A DNA stretch of 64,000 nt from Candidatus Bathyarchaeia archaeon. GTDB taxonomy: Archaea; Thermoproteota; Bathyarchaeia; Bathyarchaeales; Bathycorpusculaceae. Below the pieces are notes generated by a model. That model saw only the letters and a list, made by a program, of their open reading frames with translations, did no database searches and had not been told where the DNA came from. The DNA is taken from NCBI GenBank assembly GCA_038727135.1, contig JAVYWL010000003.1:96001-160000 (forward strand), read 5' to 3'. A program made the position numbers and the translations under genes. Of the stretch, positions 10,106 to 19,127 are shown piece after piece. How positions within the stretch are numbered: the stretch's first letter is position 1; every line of letters starts with the position of its first letter.

Positions 10106-11463
10106 AAAGCCGAATTCCGGTGGCAATAACGATTGCTGGTAGTGACTCCGGTGGTGGCGCTGGAATTCAAGCAGACTTAAAGACTTTTGCGGCTTTAGGA
10201 GTCCATGGAACAGTTGCCATCACCTCTATCACGGCTCAAAACACTTATTCTGTCCGGGCTGTTCAGGACTTGAAGCCAGAAATCGTCAGCGAACAGATTA
10301 GAGCTGTAGCCGAAGATTTTTGCATTGATGCTGGAAAAACAGGCATGCTCCACACGGATGAAATCATAAAAGCTGTGGCTTCAGAAGTCTCCAAATACAA
10401 TTTTCCACTAGTTGTGGACCCGGTGATGGTGGCGAAGTCTGGTGTACCGCTGCTAAAACCCGAAGCCATAAATGCCCTAAAAGAGCATTTGCTTCCCTTG
10501 GCGACCGTCGTTACTCCCAACAGGTTTGAGGCTGAAAGGCTCTCCGGCATTGAGATTAAAAGCTTAAGGGAGGCTGAAAATGCCGCCAAGAAAATCTCTA
10601 AGATGGGACCAGAGGCTGTTGTGGTTAAGGGTGGACACATTGAAGGCGCAGAGGTAACAGACATCCTCTATTATAAAGGTAAGCTTCGGCGTTTCACATT
10701 GCCTAGACTGGATGAAAAAACCACACATGGAACTGGATGCAGCTTCTCAGCTGCCATAGCCGCTGGACTTGCCAAAAAATTGGGCGTTCCAGAGGCTGTT
10801 GAAAACGCTAAGAACTTTGTGGCTTTAAGCATAAAGTTTGGCTTAAAAATTGGGAAGGGTTACGGTCCAGTTAATCCTATGGCTTATCTTTATCGCGAAG
10901 CCTCGAGGTATGAGGTTTTGCTCAACTTGGAGGAAGCCAAAAACCTTTTGGAGAGGCATCCAGAGGTTGCAGAGCTTATTCCAGAAGTGGGCATGAACGT
11001 CGCCATGGCTGTCAGATATGCTGAAAGTGTTAATGATGTTGCCGCCATAGACGGAAGAATCGTCAGAACATTAAGCGGCGTTAGGGCTGCCGGAAACCCG
11101 AAGTTTGGGTGTTCCCGCCACCTAGCCAAGTATTTAGTTGAAATTGTTAGGCATGAGGAGGATAAGAGGGCTGCAATAAACCTAAAGTTTTCAGAGGAAA
11201 CCTTGAAAATTTTGGAAAAGCGCGGTTTAACTGTATCCTTTTATGACCGCTCAAAAGAGCCTGAAGAAATCAAGAGGGTTGAGGGTATGACCATACCTTG
11301 GGGTGTGAAAGAAGCCATAAAAAATGTTGGAAAAGTACCAGATGTTATTTATCATAGGGGCGACGTTGGGAAGGAGCCTATGATAGTTGCTTTTGGTAGG
11401 GACGCCCTTTCCTTGGCTAAAATGGTCGTGGAAATTGCTGGAGGGAAAAAGGGCGATGCATAG
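10096..11463 (+). CDS. thiDN: Bifunctional HMP/HMP-P kinase and thiamine-phosphate synthase (ThiD-ThiN fusion)
   Basis: IAGSDSGGGAGIQADLKT and HGTGC (ThiD); LIPEVGMN...GRI...FGCSRHLA...GKEPM (ThiN). Confidence 0.92.
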   Translation: MPMKSRIPVAITIAGSDSGGGAGIQADLKTFAALGVHGTVAITSITAQNTYSVRAVQDLKPEIVSEQIRAVAEDFCIDAGKTGMLHTDEIIKAVASEVSKYNFPLVVDPVMVAKSGVPLLKPEAINALKEHLLPLATVVTPNRFEAERLSGIEIKSLREAENAAKKISKMGPEAVVVKGGHIEGAEVTDILYYKGKLRRFTLPRLDEKTTHGTGCSFSAAIAAGLAKKLGVPEAVENAKNFVALSIKFGLKIGKGYGPVNPMAYLYREASRYEVLLNLEEAKNLLERHPEVAELIPEVGMNVAMAVRYAESVNDVAAIDGRIVRTLSGVRAAGNPKFGCSRHLAKYLVEIVRHEEDKRAAINLKFSEETLKILEKRGLTVSFYDRSKEPEEIKRVEGMTIPWGVKEAIKNVGKVPDVIYHRGDVGKEPMIVAFGRDALSLAKMVVEIAGGKKGDA

Positions 11464-11683
11464 GTCATATTTGACGTTTAAGCCAGTTTCTAGCCCATTT
11501 TCGCAAGCACTCTTCAGAGCAGAAAACATAAAGCTTATTCACACAGCATGTTTTGCGCACAACCGGTTTTCCGGTTATGATTTTTCCGCAGACTTGGCAT
11601 CGCATGTTTGGCTACCTAACGAGGAAATGGTTTTAAGCGGTATAAAGCTCTTCCTAAAGGCTGGAGGCATAATCAATGGCTGA
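11456..11683 (+). CDS. Small hypothetical ORF or gene remnant inside the thi operon
   Basis: Overlaps the thiDN stop and the thi4 start by 8 nt each; no recognisable motif. Confidence 0.3.
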   Translation: MHRSYLTFKPVSSPFSQALFRAENIKLIHTACFAHNRFSGYDFSADLASHVWLPNEEMVLSGIKLFLKAGGIING

Positions 11684-12473
11684 AAAGATCAGGGAAGTTG
11701 AAGAGGAAGTCATAACAAGGGCGATAATTCGGAAAGCTATGGAAGACTGGATAGACTTGGCTGAAACAGACGTTGTCGTTGTTGGGGCTGGTCCTTCTGG
11801 TTTGACGGCAGCAAGACGCTTGGCAAAGGCTGGATTGAAAACTGTTGTTTTTGAGAGGAAGCTCTCCTTTGGCGGCGGAATAGGCGGCGGAGGCATGCAG
11901 TTCCACAAAATTGTTGTGCAGTCGCCGGCGGACAAGATTCTCCGGGAAGTGGGCTGCAAACTTGAGCCTTTAGAGAAGGGACTCTTCATCGTGGACACGG
12001 CTGACATGATGGCGAAGCTAGCCTGCGGAGCCATCGACGCCGGGGCAAAAATAATTTTGGGTGTAACTGTTGACGACCTAATATACCGCGATTCGCCCAC
12101 AAGGGTTGTTGGTGTTGTCGTTCAGTGGACATCGGTCATTATGGCTGGCATCCATGTTGACCCATTGGCTGTTAAAGCTAAAGCTGTCATTGACTGCACT
12201 GGTCATGATGCAGAAGTTCTCGCTGTAGCCTCTAGAAAAATTCCAGAACTGGGAATCACTATTCAAGGCGAAAAATCCATGTGGTCGTCCCGTGCAGAAG
12301 AGCTAACAGTCAAAAATACTAGGGAAGTTTGTCCGGGACTTTTTGCCGCGGGAATGGCTGTCGCCGCCATAGACCAAGCGCCACGTATGGGACCAATATT
12401 TGGAGGCATGCTCCTCAGCGGCGAAAAGGTTGCGCAGCTGGTTATAGAGAAACTAAAGGGCAAGGGCGCCTAA
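11676..12473 (+). CDS. thi4: Thiazole synthase, non-Cys (sulfide-dependent) type
   Basis: [41 protein letters not shown]. Confidence 0.93.
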   Translation: MAEKIREVEEEVITRAIIRKAMEDWIDLAETDVVVVGAGPSGLTAARRLAKAGLKTVVFERKLSFGGGIGGGGMQFHKIVVQSPADKILREVGCKLEPLEKGLFIVDTADMMAKLACGAIDAGAKIILGVTVDDLIYRDSPTRVVGVVVQWTSVIMAGIHVDPLAVKAKAVIDCTGHDAEVLAVASRKIPELGITIQGEKSMWSSRAEELTVKNTREVCPGLFAAGMAVAAIDQAPRMGPIFGGMLLSGEKVAQLVIEKLKGKGA

Positions 12474-12479
12474 ACCTTC

Positions 12480-12611
12480 ATGGACTTTTGTGGCATCTGC
12501 AAAAAGAAAGCCGCAAATTACACTTGCCGAAGGTGTGGCAAGCGTGTCTGCAGAGACTGCTATTTTCACCATGGAATCTGCATAGAATGTGCTAGGCTTT
12601 TAGGAAAGTAG
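12480..12611 (+). CDS. 43-aa double zinc-finger microprotein (not in the ORF track)
   Basis: MDFCGICKKKAANYTCRRCGKRVCRDCYFHHGICIECARLLGK has four CxxC motifs and starts 6 nt after the thi4 stop. Confidence 0.75.
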   Translation: MDFCGICKKKAANYTCRRCGKRVCRDCYFHHGICIECARLLGK

Positions 12612-13373
12612 TATCCTTTCAGGAGCATTGTAGACGTTCATCCGCTTTCCACGAACAAAGCCTATCAACGTTAAATTCGCCCTTTTGGCAACTTCTATGC
12701 CGGAGTCCAGCGCCGCAGCTATTGAGGCGATTATTGGTATGCCAACCCTTGCGGCTTTCAGAGCTATGTCAGCTGTCAGCCTCCCACTTAGGGTTAGGAA
12801 ACATCCGCCGAAGTCCGTCTTTTGTAAGGCGCATTTCCCCACGACTTTATCCACGGCATTGTGACGCCCAACATCCTCTGCAAAAGCCAATAGCGTCCCG
12901 TCAGCCTTGTAGATGGCAGCAGCATGCACTCCACCCGTTTTCCTGAAAGTCCCTGCCATGCGATTTAGGTTGTTAACGCAGTTCTGGACAGTTTCAGCCT
13001 TAACGATTATTTCCGAGTCTACTTTCTTGAGGAATTTTGGTGTTTGAGGCTGGTAAGGCCCTCCGCATGCTGATGGAATTAAACGGGAGAGCCGTCCCGC
13101 AAGTTTTAGGCGAGTTTCAAGGTTTACGCTTGGTTTTAGGTTTACGTGGCATGTGTCCTTTTTAACCGATATTTTTTCGACTTCTTCAACCGCCTTAACT
13201 ATGCCTTCTGCGAGAAGATGTCCCAAAACCAGTTCTTTTAGGTCTTTAGGAGTGCATATTATTGTGGCGTAATGCCTCTTGTTTATGAAAATGTGGATGG
13301 GCTTTTCTTCAGCCACGTAATCCTCGATTTTCTGAAGTTTTTTGGCTTCGGTGTCAATTTTAACTATTTCCAC
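12600..13373 (-). CDS. fdhD: Formate dehydrogenase accessory sulfurtransferase
   Basis: TGGVHAA, EDVGRHNAVDKVVG, LSGR. Confidence 0.92.
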   Translation of the reverse strand: MEIVKIDTEAKKLQKIEDYVAEEKPIHIFINKRHYATIICTPKDLKELVLGHLLAEGIVKAVEEVEKISVKKDTCHVNLKPSVNLETRLKLAGRLSRLIPSACGGPYQPQTPKFLKKVDSEIIVKAETVQNCVNNLNRMAGTFRKTGGVHAAAIYKADGTLLAFAEDVGRHNAVDKVVGKCALQKTDFGGCFLTLSGRLTADIALKAARVGIPIIASIAAALDSGIEVAKRANLTLIGFVRGKRMNVYNAPERILLS

Positions 13374-13398
13374 TTTTGCTAAATTGGATACCCCCTCT

Positions 13399-14277
13399 CT
13401 ATTTTTTCAGCTCCGAAAGCACAAAATCGACTATTTCATCTGCAATATTGACCCTAGTGACGGACTGTAAGCCCTTCCACCCGGGTTGACTGTTAACCTC
13501 CACCACGAGCGGGCCCTTTGGGCTTTCGAGGATGTCCACTCCTGCAATTTTGCATTTTATTAGGTGGGCGGATTTTACGGCTAACTCTTCCAGCTGGCTG
13601 TCAAGCTTTATTGGCTCTGGGCAGGCTCCTTGGCTGTAGTTGGTTTTCCAGCTTTTGGCAACTCGGCGCATGGCGGCAACCACGCGGTCGCCTATAACAA
13701 AGGCGCGGATATCAGAACAGCCGTGAGGGACAAACTCTTGAATGTAGATTACGCCATGATAAAAGGTCACAGCTCTAAAGGCTGTGTAGGCTACTTCCGG
13801 GTCATTTATGCGCGTCGAGCCTATACCCCTAGAGCCGAAAATTGGCTTGAGGACAACGTCTCCGCCAAGCTCATGGAAAGCCTTTAAGGCTTCGTCAGCA
13901 TCCTCAGTGACAGCTGTCCGCGGCACTGGTATGCCAGCATCCTCCAGTATCGCCAGCAAATCGTATTTGTCAACACAGTGTTCAATGGCTTCTGGAGGAT
14001 TAATAACGTAAAAGCCGAGCCTTTCAAGGCGATAAAGCAAGTCCATGCGGAAAACAATCTCCTCCAATGAACCGCGTCCAATTGGGCGAATTATCAGAGC
14101 ATTTAAATCTTTCAAGACATCGACACTGCGAACGTTTAGGTAGGGCTTATAACCAACCCGCGCCACAAGCCATGGAAAGCTAAAACAAACATATGGAATC
14201 TTGCGCCTTGACAATGCTTCACGAAGCTGAGTTGAACTATAAGCGTTGGGATTTCGCGTGACGATGCCAATTTTCAA
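13399..14277 (-). CDS. RimK-family ATP-grasp alpha-L-glutamate ligase (MptN-like)
   Basis: KPIFGSRGIG, DIRAFVIG, WKTN, GVDIL, EVNSQPG; located near mch/fwd. Confidence 0.85.
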   Translation of the reverse strand: MKIGIVTRNPNAYSSTQLREALSRRKIPYVCFSFPWLVARVGYKPYLNVRSVDVLKDLNALIIRPIGRGSLEEIVFRMDLLYRLERLGFYVINPPEAIEHCVDKYDLLAILEDAGIPVPRTAVTEDADEALKAFHELGGDVVLKPIFGSRGIGSTRINDPEVAYTAFRAVTFYHGVIYIQEFVPHGCSDIRAFVIGDRVVAAMRRVAKSWKTNYSQGACPEPIKLDSQLEELAVKSAHLIKCKIAGVDILESPKGPLVVEVNSQPGWKGLQSVTRVNIADEIVDFVLSELKK

Positions 14278-14355
14278 TTTTATCCGTCCTAACCAACCTT
14301 TACAATGAAATCCTTCTGAGCTGGGTTCTTAAAGTTTCCCACATGACAAAATGGT

Positions 14356-15288
14356 TTAAAATTTATGGACCTTTTCCACCAGGTCCTCTGCTTTTTGTAG
14401 TTTATGAGAAAGTTCTAACTTCAAGTACGCGCCATGAGGGTTATAGTATGGTGGTCCTTTCCTTGAGAATAGTGTTAGAATTTTTCCTTCGTGGTTTATT
14501 TTGTAGCCTTCCTCGCATGGCTCATGCCCTCTTATCAAAATTTTAACGCCAAAATTTTGCAGAACGGTGTCAGTCACTTTTTGTCCGAAGAGTTTTCCCG
14601 CTCCACGAGGAGATGCGCATGTTTCACTTATTGCGTTGGTTGGGTCGCTCCAAAGCAAGTCTTCCAGAAGGCTCTCCTTTGGATGCCTTTCATGGGCGTA
14701 GGCTAAATCCTCAAGGCTTTTTGCTTGCGGTGGCACACCGCCATGAACCATCAGGTAGCGTTCCTCAACAATTACGGCATTGTACAAGAACCCGAAAAGT
14801 TTGAAAATTTCCTCGTAAGCTTGTTGCCACGCTTTGCCGAATTTTGCTTGGAACTGCCATGGCAGGTCGTGGGGTGAAGCCAGTAGGTCTTCTGGTCCCT
14901 CGTGGTTTCCCCTCATTAGGATTATCTGCTTTGGAAAGTGCAGCTTAAGTTTCAAAAGCGTGTAATAAACTTCAGCGGATAAGGGCCCTCTATCCCCGTA
15001 ATCGCCTAGGAAAATCATGGTTGCTTTTTCGTCTCGGCTTAGTTTGTCTAGGAAGTTGCTTCTGTTTAAGATTTCTATTAGGCTTTCCAAGTCGCCGTGC
15101 AAATCCCCAACAACCAGCGCCTCGCCTATGGGCGAAAGTTTAACAAGCCTACCAAAAACCTCAAAATTCCCCATTTTCCCGTTTTCTTTACCAATCAGCT
15201 CCCTAGCCTCTTGAACGACGCGGCAGAAATCTTCGGATGAAGCTTCAAAGGCTTCTTTAACAATTTGCTTAAGATTTGGCTTTTGCAA
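14356..15288 (-). CDS. PPP-family Ser/Thr protein phosphatase
   Basis: GDLHG, GDYGDRG, RGNHE, HGG, LLWSDP, SPRGAG, IRGHE, TLFS. Confidence 0.85.
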   Translation of the reverse strand: MQKPNLKQIVKEAFEASSEDFCRVVQEARELIGKENGKMGNFEVFGRLVKLSPIGEALVVGDLHGDLESLIEILNRSNFLDKLSRDEKATMIFLGDYGDRGPLSAEVYYTLLKLKLHFPKQIILMRGNHEGPEDLLASPHDLPWQFQAKFGKAWQQAYEEIFKLFGFLYNAVIVEERYLMVHGGVPPQAKSLEDLAYAHERHPKESLLEDLLWSDPTNAISETCASPRGAGKLFGQKVTDTVLQNFGVKILIRGHEPCEEGYKINHEGKILTLFSRKGPPYYNPHGAYLKLELSHKLQKAEDLVEKVHKF

Positions 15289-15298
15289 GTTCTCTGCC

Positions 15299-16582
15299 TC
15301 AAACCTCGATGGCTATTTCAACTCGTTTTCCGGAAAAGTTGAGAATGTTCTTCTCCATGCGGCTTTTGCATTCAAAAATTTTTGCAGCGACATCCTTTAA
15401 GCCCTTTTCAGTCGCCACAATTTCAGCTTCTAAGTTTTCAGCCTTTTTCTTCAACCTATCCACTTGCTCATTTAGTCTCGCCACTTCGCTTTTGGCTTCG
15501 GCTAAAGTTGAGGATGCGAAAAGTTTAGCTTTGCGCTGATTCGCGTCCAAACATTTTTGGTATAGGCTTGCAAGCGAATTCTTGCTGAGAATTTCCTCTA
15601 CGGCTTGCCTTGCTTTTCGCTCCTTATCAGGCTTAAGTTTAAGCTTGCCTTCCACCATAAGCCTCAAGGTTTTCTGCAAAATCTGCCTCAAAAGTGGATA
15701 GCCACTATTTTCTGTAGCTAAAGCCTCGAAAGGATCTGCTAAATATTGGTTAAGCTTTTTCAGCTCTTCTGGTGTTAAGCCGCTTCCTTCGCCATGAGAA
15801 GCCAATGACTGAAGCTTTATTAGGGGCTTTTGAAGGTGACGAAGGCAATACTCGACCTCCCTTCTTAAACTGCTTATTGCTTCGTCCAACTCTGCCAAGT
15901 GGCTTAACCCACCACTTTTTCCAAGTTCAACAATCCTGGACTGGACGTGGGCCAAATCCTCCTCAACTTTTCTACGCTCATCTTCAACTCTCTTTCTCTC
16001 CATTCTTAGGTTTGCCGCCCTCTCCTTCAGCCTGTTAACCTCGTCTATAAGTTGGAAGGTTTCCTCCAAAACCTTCGCCTTAACATACTCTTTTGTTAGA
16101 AACTCGTTAAGCTCCTTAAGTGTGTCCTTCGCAGTTTCAAAAGCCCTTAAGAATTTGCCTCTATCCATTATGAAGAAGGGTGAAATCCTTGGAAACCAGT
16201 TTCTAACATCAACATCCGTAACAGTATAGGCTTTCTGGGCAGCATTAACAAAACTTTCAACATCTTTAAAGGATGGCTTTTCCGGAACCCTAATCGGCTG
16301 CATCCTCTCCCAAAAAAGTTTAGCAAGCTTGTTTAAGGCTTGCGCCCTCTTAAAAGTGCGCATGTTACGCTTCTCAATTTCTTTACGGCTGCTCTCCAAA
16401 AGCATGCGGCAAGCATCAACCAAGCCCTGATGGGACTCCCGCATCTCGTCGAGAAGCCTCTCAGCCTTAGCACGCACAGGACCAAGAACAGAGCTGGTTT
16501 CGCCCTTAAGCCAATCCCTAAGCTCATCGAAGTGAATTTTTAGGCTTACTGACAACAGGCCCCTCCAAAAATAAATGGGCAA
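15299..16582 (-). CDS. Hypothetical long coiled-coil protein
   Basis: Long ORF with heptad-like charged helices, co-oriented with the phosphatase. Confidence 0.75.
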   Translation of the reverse strand: MPIYFWRGLLSVSLKIHFDELRDWLKGETSSVLGPVRAKAERLLDEMRESHQGLVDACRMLLESSRKEIEKRNMRTFKRAQALNKLAKLFWERMQPIRVPEKPSFKDVESFVNAAQKAYTVTDVDVRNWFPRISPFFIMDRGKFLRAFETAKDTLKELNEFLTKEYVKAKVLEETFQLIDEVNRLKERAANLRMERKRVEDERRKVEEDLAHVQSRIVELGKSGGLSHLAELDEAISSLRREVEYCLRHLQKPLIKLQSLASHGEGSGLTPEELKKLNQYLADPFEALATENSGYPLLRQILQKTLRLMVEGKLKLKPDKERKARQAVEEILSKNSLASLYQKCLDANQRKAKLFASSTLAEAKSEVARLNEQVDRLKKKAENLEAEIVATEKGLKDVAAKIFECKSRMEKNILNFSGKRVEIAIEV

Positions 16583-16678
16583 AAGTCATATTAATGTTTA
16601 AAGCATTTTACTTTTACTCATTTTTAAGTAGAAACTTATATATGAGTATAACTCTAAAGCTCGCTCAGCAGGGACGAA

Positions 16679-17323
16679 ATGGGCATGGCAGCGGATTCCA
16701 GAAAAATAGTTTTCCTAGCGCTTATGGCGGCGTTAGGAAATGTGATGTTTGTTATTTCGCAGACGATTTTTAAGATGACTCAAATAGCCCTAGACTTATC
16801 CCATATTGGAACTTTAATTGCGGCGGTTTATGGGGGCCCATTGGCAGGTTTGGTTGCCGGGCTTCTTGTGGGTATAGGACCTGGAATCTACTTTGGGTAT
16901 GTGGGTGGAAGCCTAGGGCTGCTTGGAGCCTTAGGTTTACCTATAGGAAAAGCGATGACGGGTGTTAGCGTTGGCTATTTGGCGAAGATATTTAGAGTGC
17001 AACATTCGAAAGGCTCTTCTTGGAAGATGACCTTCGCAACTTTGATCGGATATATTCCAGAGTGTATTTATACGCTGTTCTTCTTTATTGTTCTCGTTAC
17101 AATTCTACTTCCAGATGTTGCCGCATTTTTCACATTTATCTTCGGTTCAATATGGGCGCTAGCACTTTCAGTTTTAGCCAAAGCATGGGTTGAAATGGCT
17201 TTGCTGGGATTTTTCATGGGAGCGCTCGTTGGAAACAGCGGTTTTAACGATTTTGTGGGCCGTGTCTTCATGAAAACTTTTACAGTTCAAAAAATTCAAA
17301 CAAAAGGCAAAGAGAAAAACTAA
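16679..17323 (+). CDS. ECF transporter S-component-like membrane protein
   Basis: Several TM segments; DLSHIGTLIAAVYGGPLAG pattern. Confidence 0.6.
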   Translation: MGMAADSRKIVFLALMAALGNVMFVISQTIFKMTQIALDLSHIGTLIAAVYGGPLAGLVAGLLVGIGPGIYFGYVGGSLGLLGALGLPIGKAMTGVSVGYLAKIFRVQHSKGSSWKMTFATLIGYIPECIYTLFFFIVLVTILLPDVAAFFTFIFGSIWALALSVLAKAWVEMALLGFFMGALVGNSGFNDFVGRVFMKTFTVQKIQTKGKEKN

Positions 17324-18285
17324 CCTAACTCAAAGGATTTCGTTAGGGCATCAGGATTAATCTTTCCAGCCGTGAAAGTTTTTCCGGTTCTAATGTTGTT
17401 TATGGTTATTTTTGCTGGTGCGAATATGTTTGGGTCTATTTTGTAGAAGTCGTAGTTGGCGGCTTTGAAAATTTCTAGGAAGGGCTTGCCATAGTCTTTT
17501 GACGATTTGGACGGAGCTTGTTCTACTATCTTGGCTAGCTCGTCTTCGTTTTCATAGTCAACTATGTAGTGAGTTACTCCTCCATATAGGATGGCGTCGT
17601 TGGTTCTAGCCATGGCTTTGACAAATTTTGGGTGCGTTGGCGGTATTGGAGCAGAGCCCCAAGCATAAAGAATAGCGTTAGGGTTAAAGCCCAACTTTGT
17701 GAGTTTATGGATTCCAGTTTCAACTATTCTTCCGGCTACTTGTGTTGCTCCGGCTAGGCTTGCTGTGGGGGTTAGTATTAATGCCAGGTTTTCGTATTGG
17801 ATGTGGCAGTCTTCAGCCAGCCTTCGCATGAGCTTTTCAGGCGGCATTTTGTCGGTTTCCAAGACCACTATGGCTTTGTCAAACTTGTCTTTATAGCCTA
17901 TCTTCTCATAAATTTCCTTTGGTTTTTGGGCTAGGGCTCTTGCGGGTCCGGAGCCTATGGCGAAGTAGTCACCCTCCTTAATGTTCCATCCTGCAAACTG
18001 CGAACCCAAAGTGGCTATGGCTGGATGGTCTGTGTAAACAAATATTGTTGGAAGCTCGAATTCACCATACTGCCAAAAGCCTATAGTGGCTTTTCCACAC
18101 CCGCCCATGCAGATTTCCGTTATAATCTTGCCGGCTTGAAAGCCGCCTTTCGCTTTTATTCCAGCATCCACAACTGTGGCGCCGCATTCCGCCTTTTCAA
18201 CCTTTACGCCGTAAAATTCTGGGTTTCCACAAAGTTTTTCCAGCAGCCTCCATGCCAAACGGTTTACACTTAATCCGCCTTTCAT
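17320..18285 (-). CDS. mch: Methenyltetrahydromethanopterin cyclohydrolase
   Basis: GSQFAGW, GSGPARAL, QVAGRIVE, RTNDAILYGG, DFYKIDP. Confidence 0.95.
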   Translation of the reverse strand: MKGGLSVNRLAWRLLEKLCGNPEFYGVKVEKAECGATVVDAGIKAKGGFQAGKIITEICMGGCGKATIGFWQYGEFELPTIFVYTDHPAIATLGSQFAGWNIKEGDYFAIGSGPARALAQKPKEIYEKIGYKDKFDKAIVVLETDKMPPEKLMRRLAEDCHIQYENLALILTPTASLAGATQVAGRIVETGIHKLTKLGFNPNAILYAWGSAPIPPTHPKFVKAMARTNDAILYGGVTHYIVDYENEDELAKIVEQAPSKSSKDYGKPFLEIFKAANYDFYKIDPNIFAPAKITINNIRTGKTFTAGKINPDALTKSFELG

Positions 18286-18299
18286 GGCTTAACCCCATT

Positions 18300-19127
18300 T
18301 TAGAGAAGTTTTTCATAGTGGCTTAGGTGGGGGTTCGGCTCTTTTGCGACAAAAAGCCTTCCACGACCGTTTTCCGTCAAATCTCCAAGGAACAAGTAGA
18401 AAGGCGCTTCCACAACTTCACCCTCTTCTATTTTAACCCTCTTCCTTATGCCCTCAATTGTGAATGTGGGGAGAACGGATTCCAAGAAGCCTTTGACAAC
18501 TATTGTCCCGTCTATCATGCATGCTCCAGCTCTTCCACCGCAGTCTTTCTGCACGTAAATTGTGCCGCCATGCATCCTGAAACCCACAAACTGTCCGGCA
18601 TTCCCATAAATCTTTATCAAACCTTTCTTCATGTGGGCTCCGGCTTCGCTTCCAACGTTTCCATACACAATTATTTTTCCACCTTTCATTCCTTCAGTGC
18701 TTCCACGGTACGGCGCACCTAAATAGTCACCGGCATTTCCGTGAATCTCTATCGTCCCGCCCTTCATCATGGAGCCAGCCCAACCCAAAACATTGCCGTA
18801 AACGGTTATTTTTCCACCACGCATTTCTTCGCCCAGGTGCATGCCAGCGTCGCCTTTAACAACCATCTCGCCGCTTTTCATCCCAGCGCCTATTCGCCTA
18901 ACGCGGCTCACATCACCATGAATAGTTATCACGGTGGCTTCAGATTTGCCTTCTTCCTTTGCCACTTCAACTTTGAAGAGTTCTCCAAGTTTTTTCTGTT
19001 TGTTCCCCTCCCAAACCTCCAGCCCCTCAATTTCTTTTGGCTTTTTCCCTTGGAAAATGTCTGGGTTTATGCATTCAGCCGTTATTGGCAGTTTAAACTC
19101 TTTTAACGGGTATAGGTTTACCAACAT
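18300..19127 (-). CDS. fwdC: Formylmethanofuran dehydrogenase subunit C
   Basis: Repeated GxxMxGG beta-helix motifs; operon context. Confidence 0.93.
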   Translation of the reverse strand: MLVNLYPLKEFKLPITAECINPDIFQGKKPKEIEGLEVWEGNKQKKLGELFKVEVAKEEGKSEATVITIHGDVSRVRRIGAGMKSGEMVVKGDAGMHLGEEMRGGKITVYGNVLGWAGSMMKGGTIEIHGNAGDYLGAPYRGSTEGMKGGKIIVYGNVGSEAGAHMKKGLIKIYGNAGQFVGFRMHGGTIYVQKDCGGRAGACMIDGTIVVKGFLESVLPTFTIEGIRKRVKIEEGEVVEAPFYLFLGDLTENGRGRLFVAKEPNPHLSHYEKLL

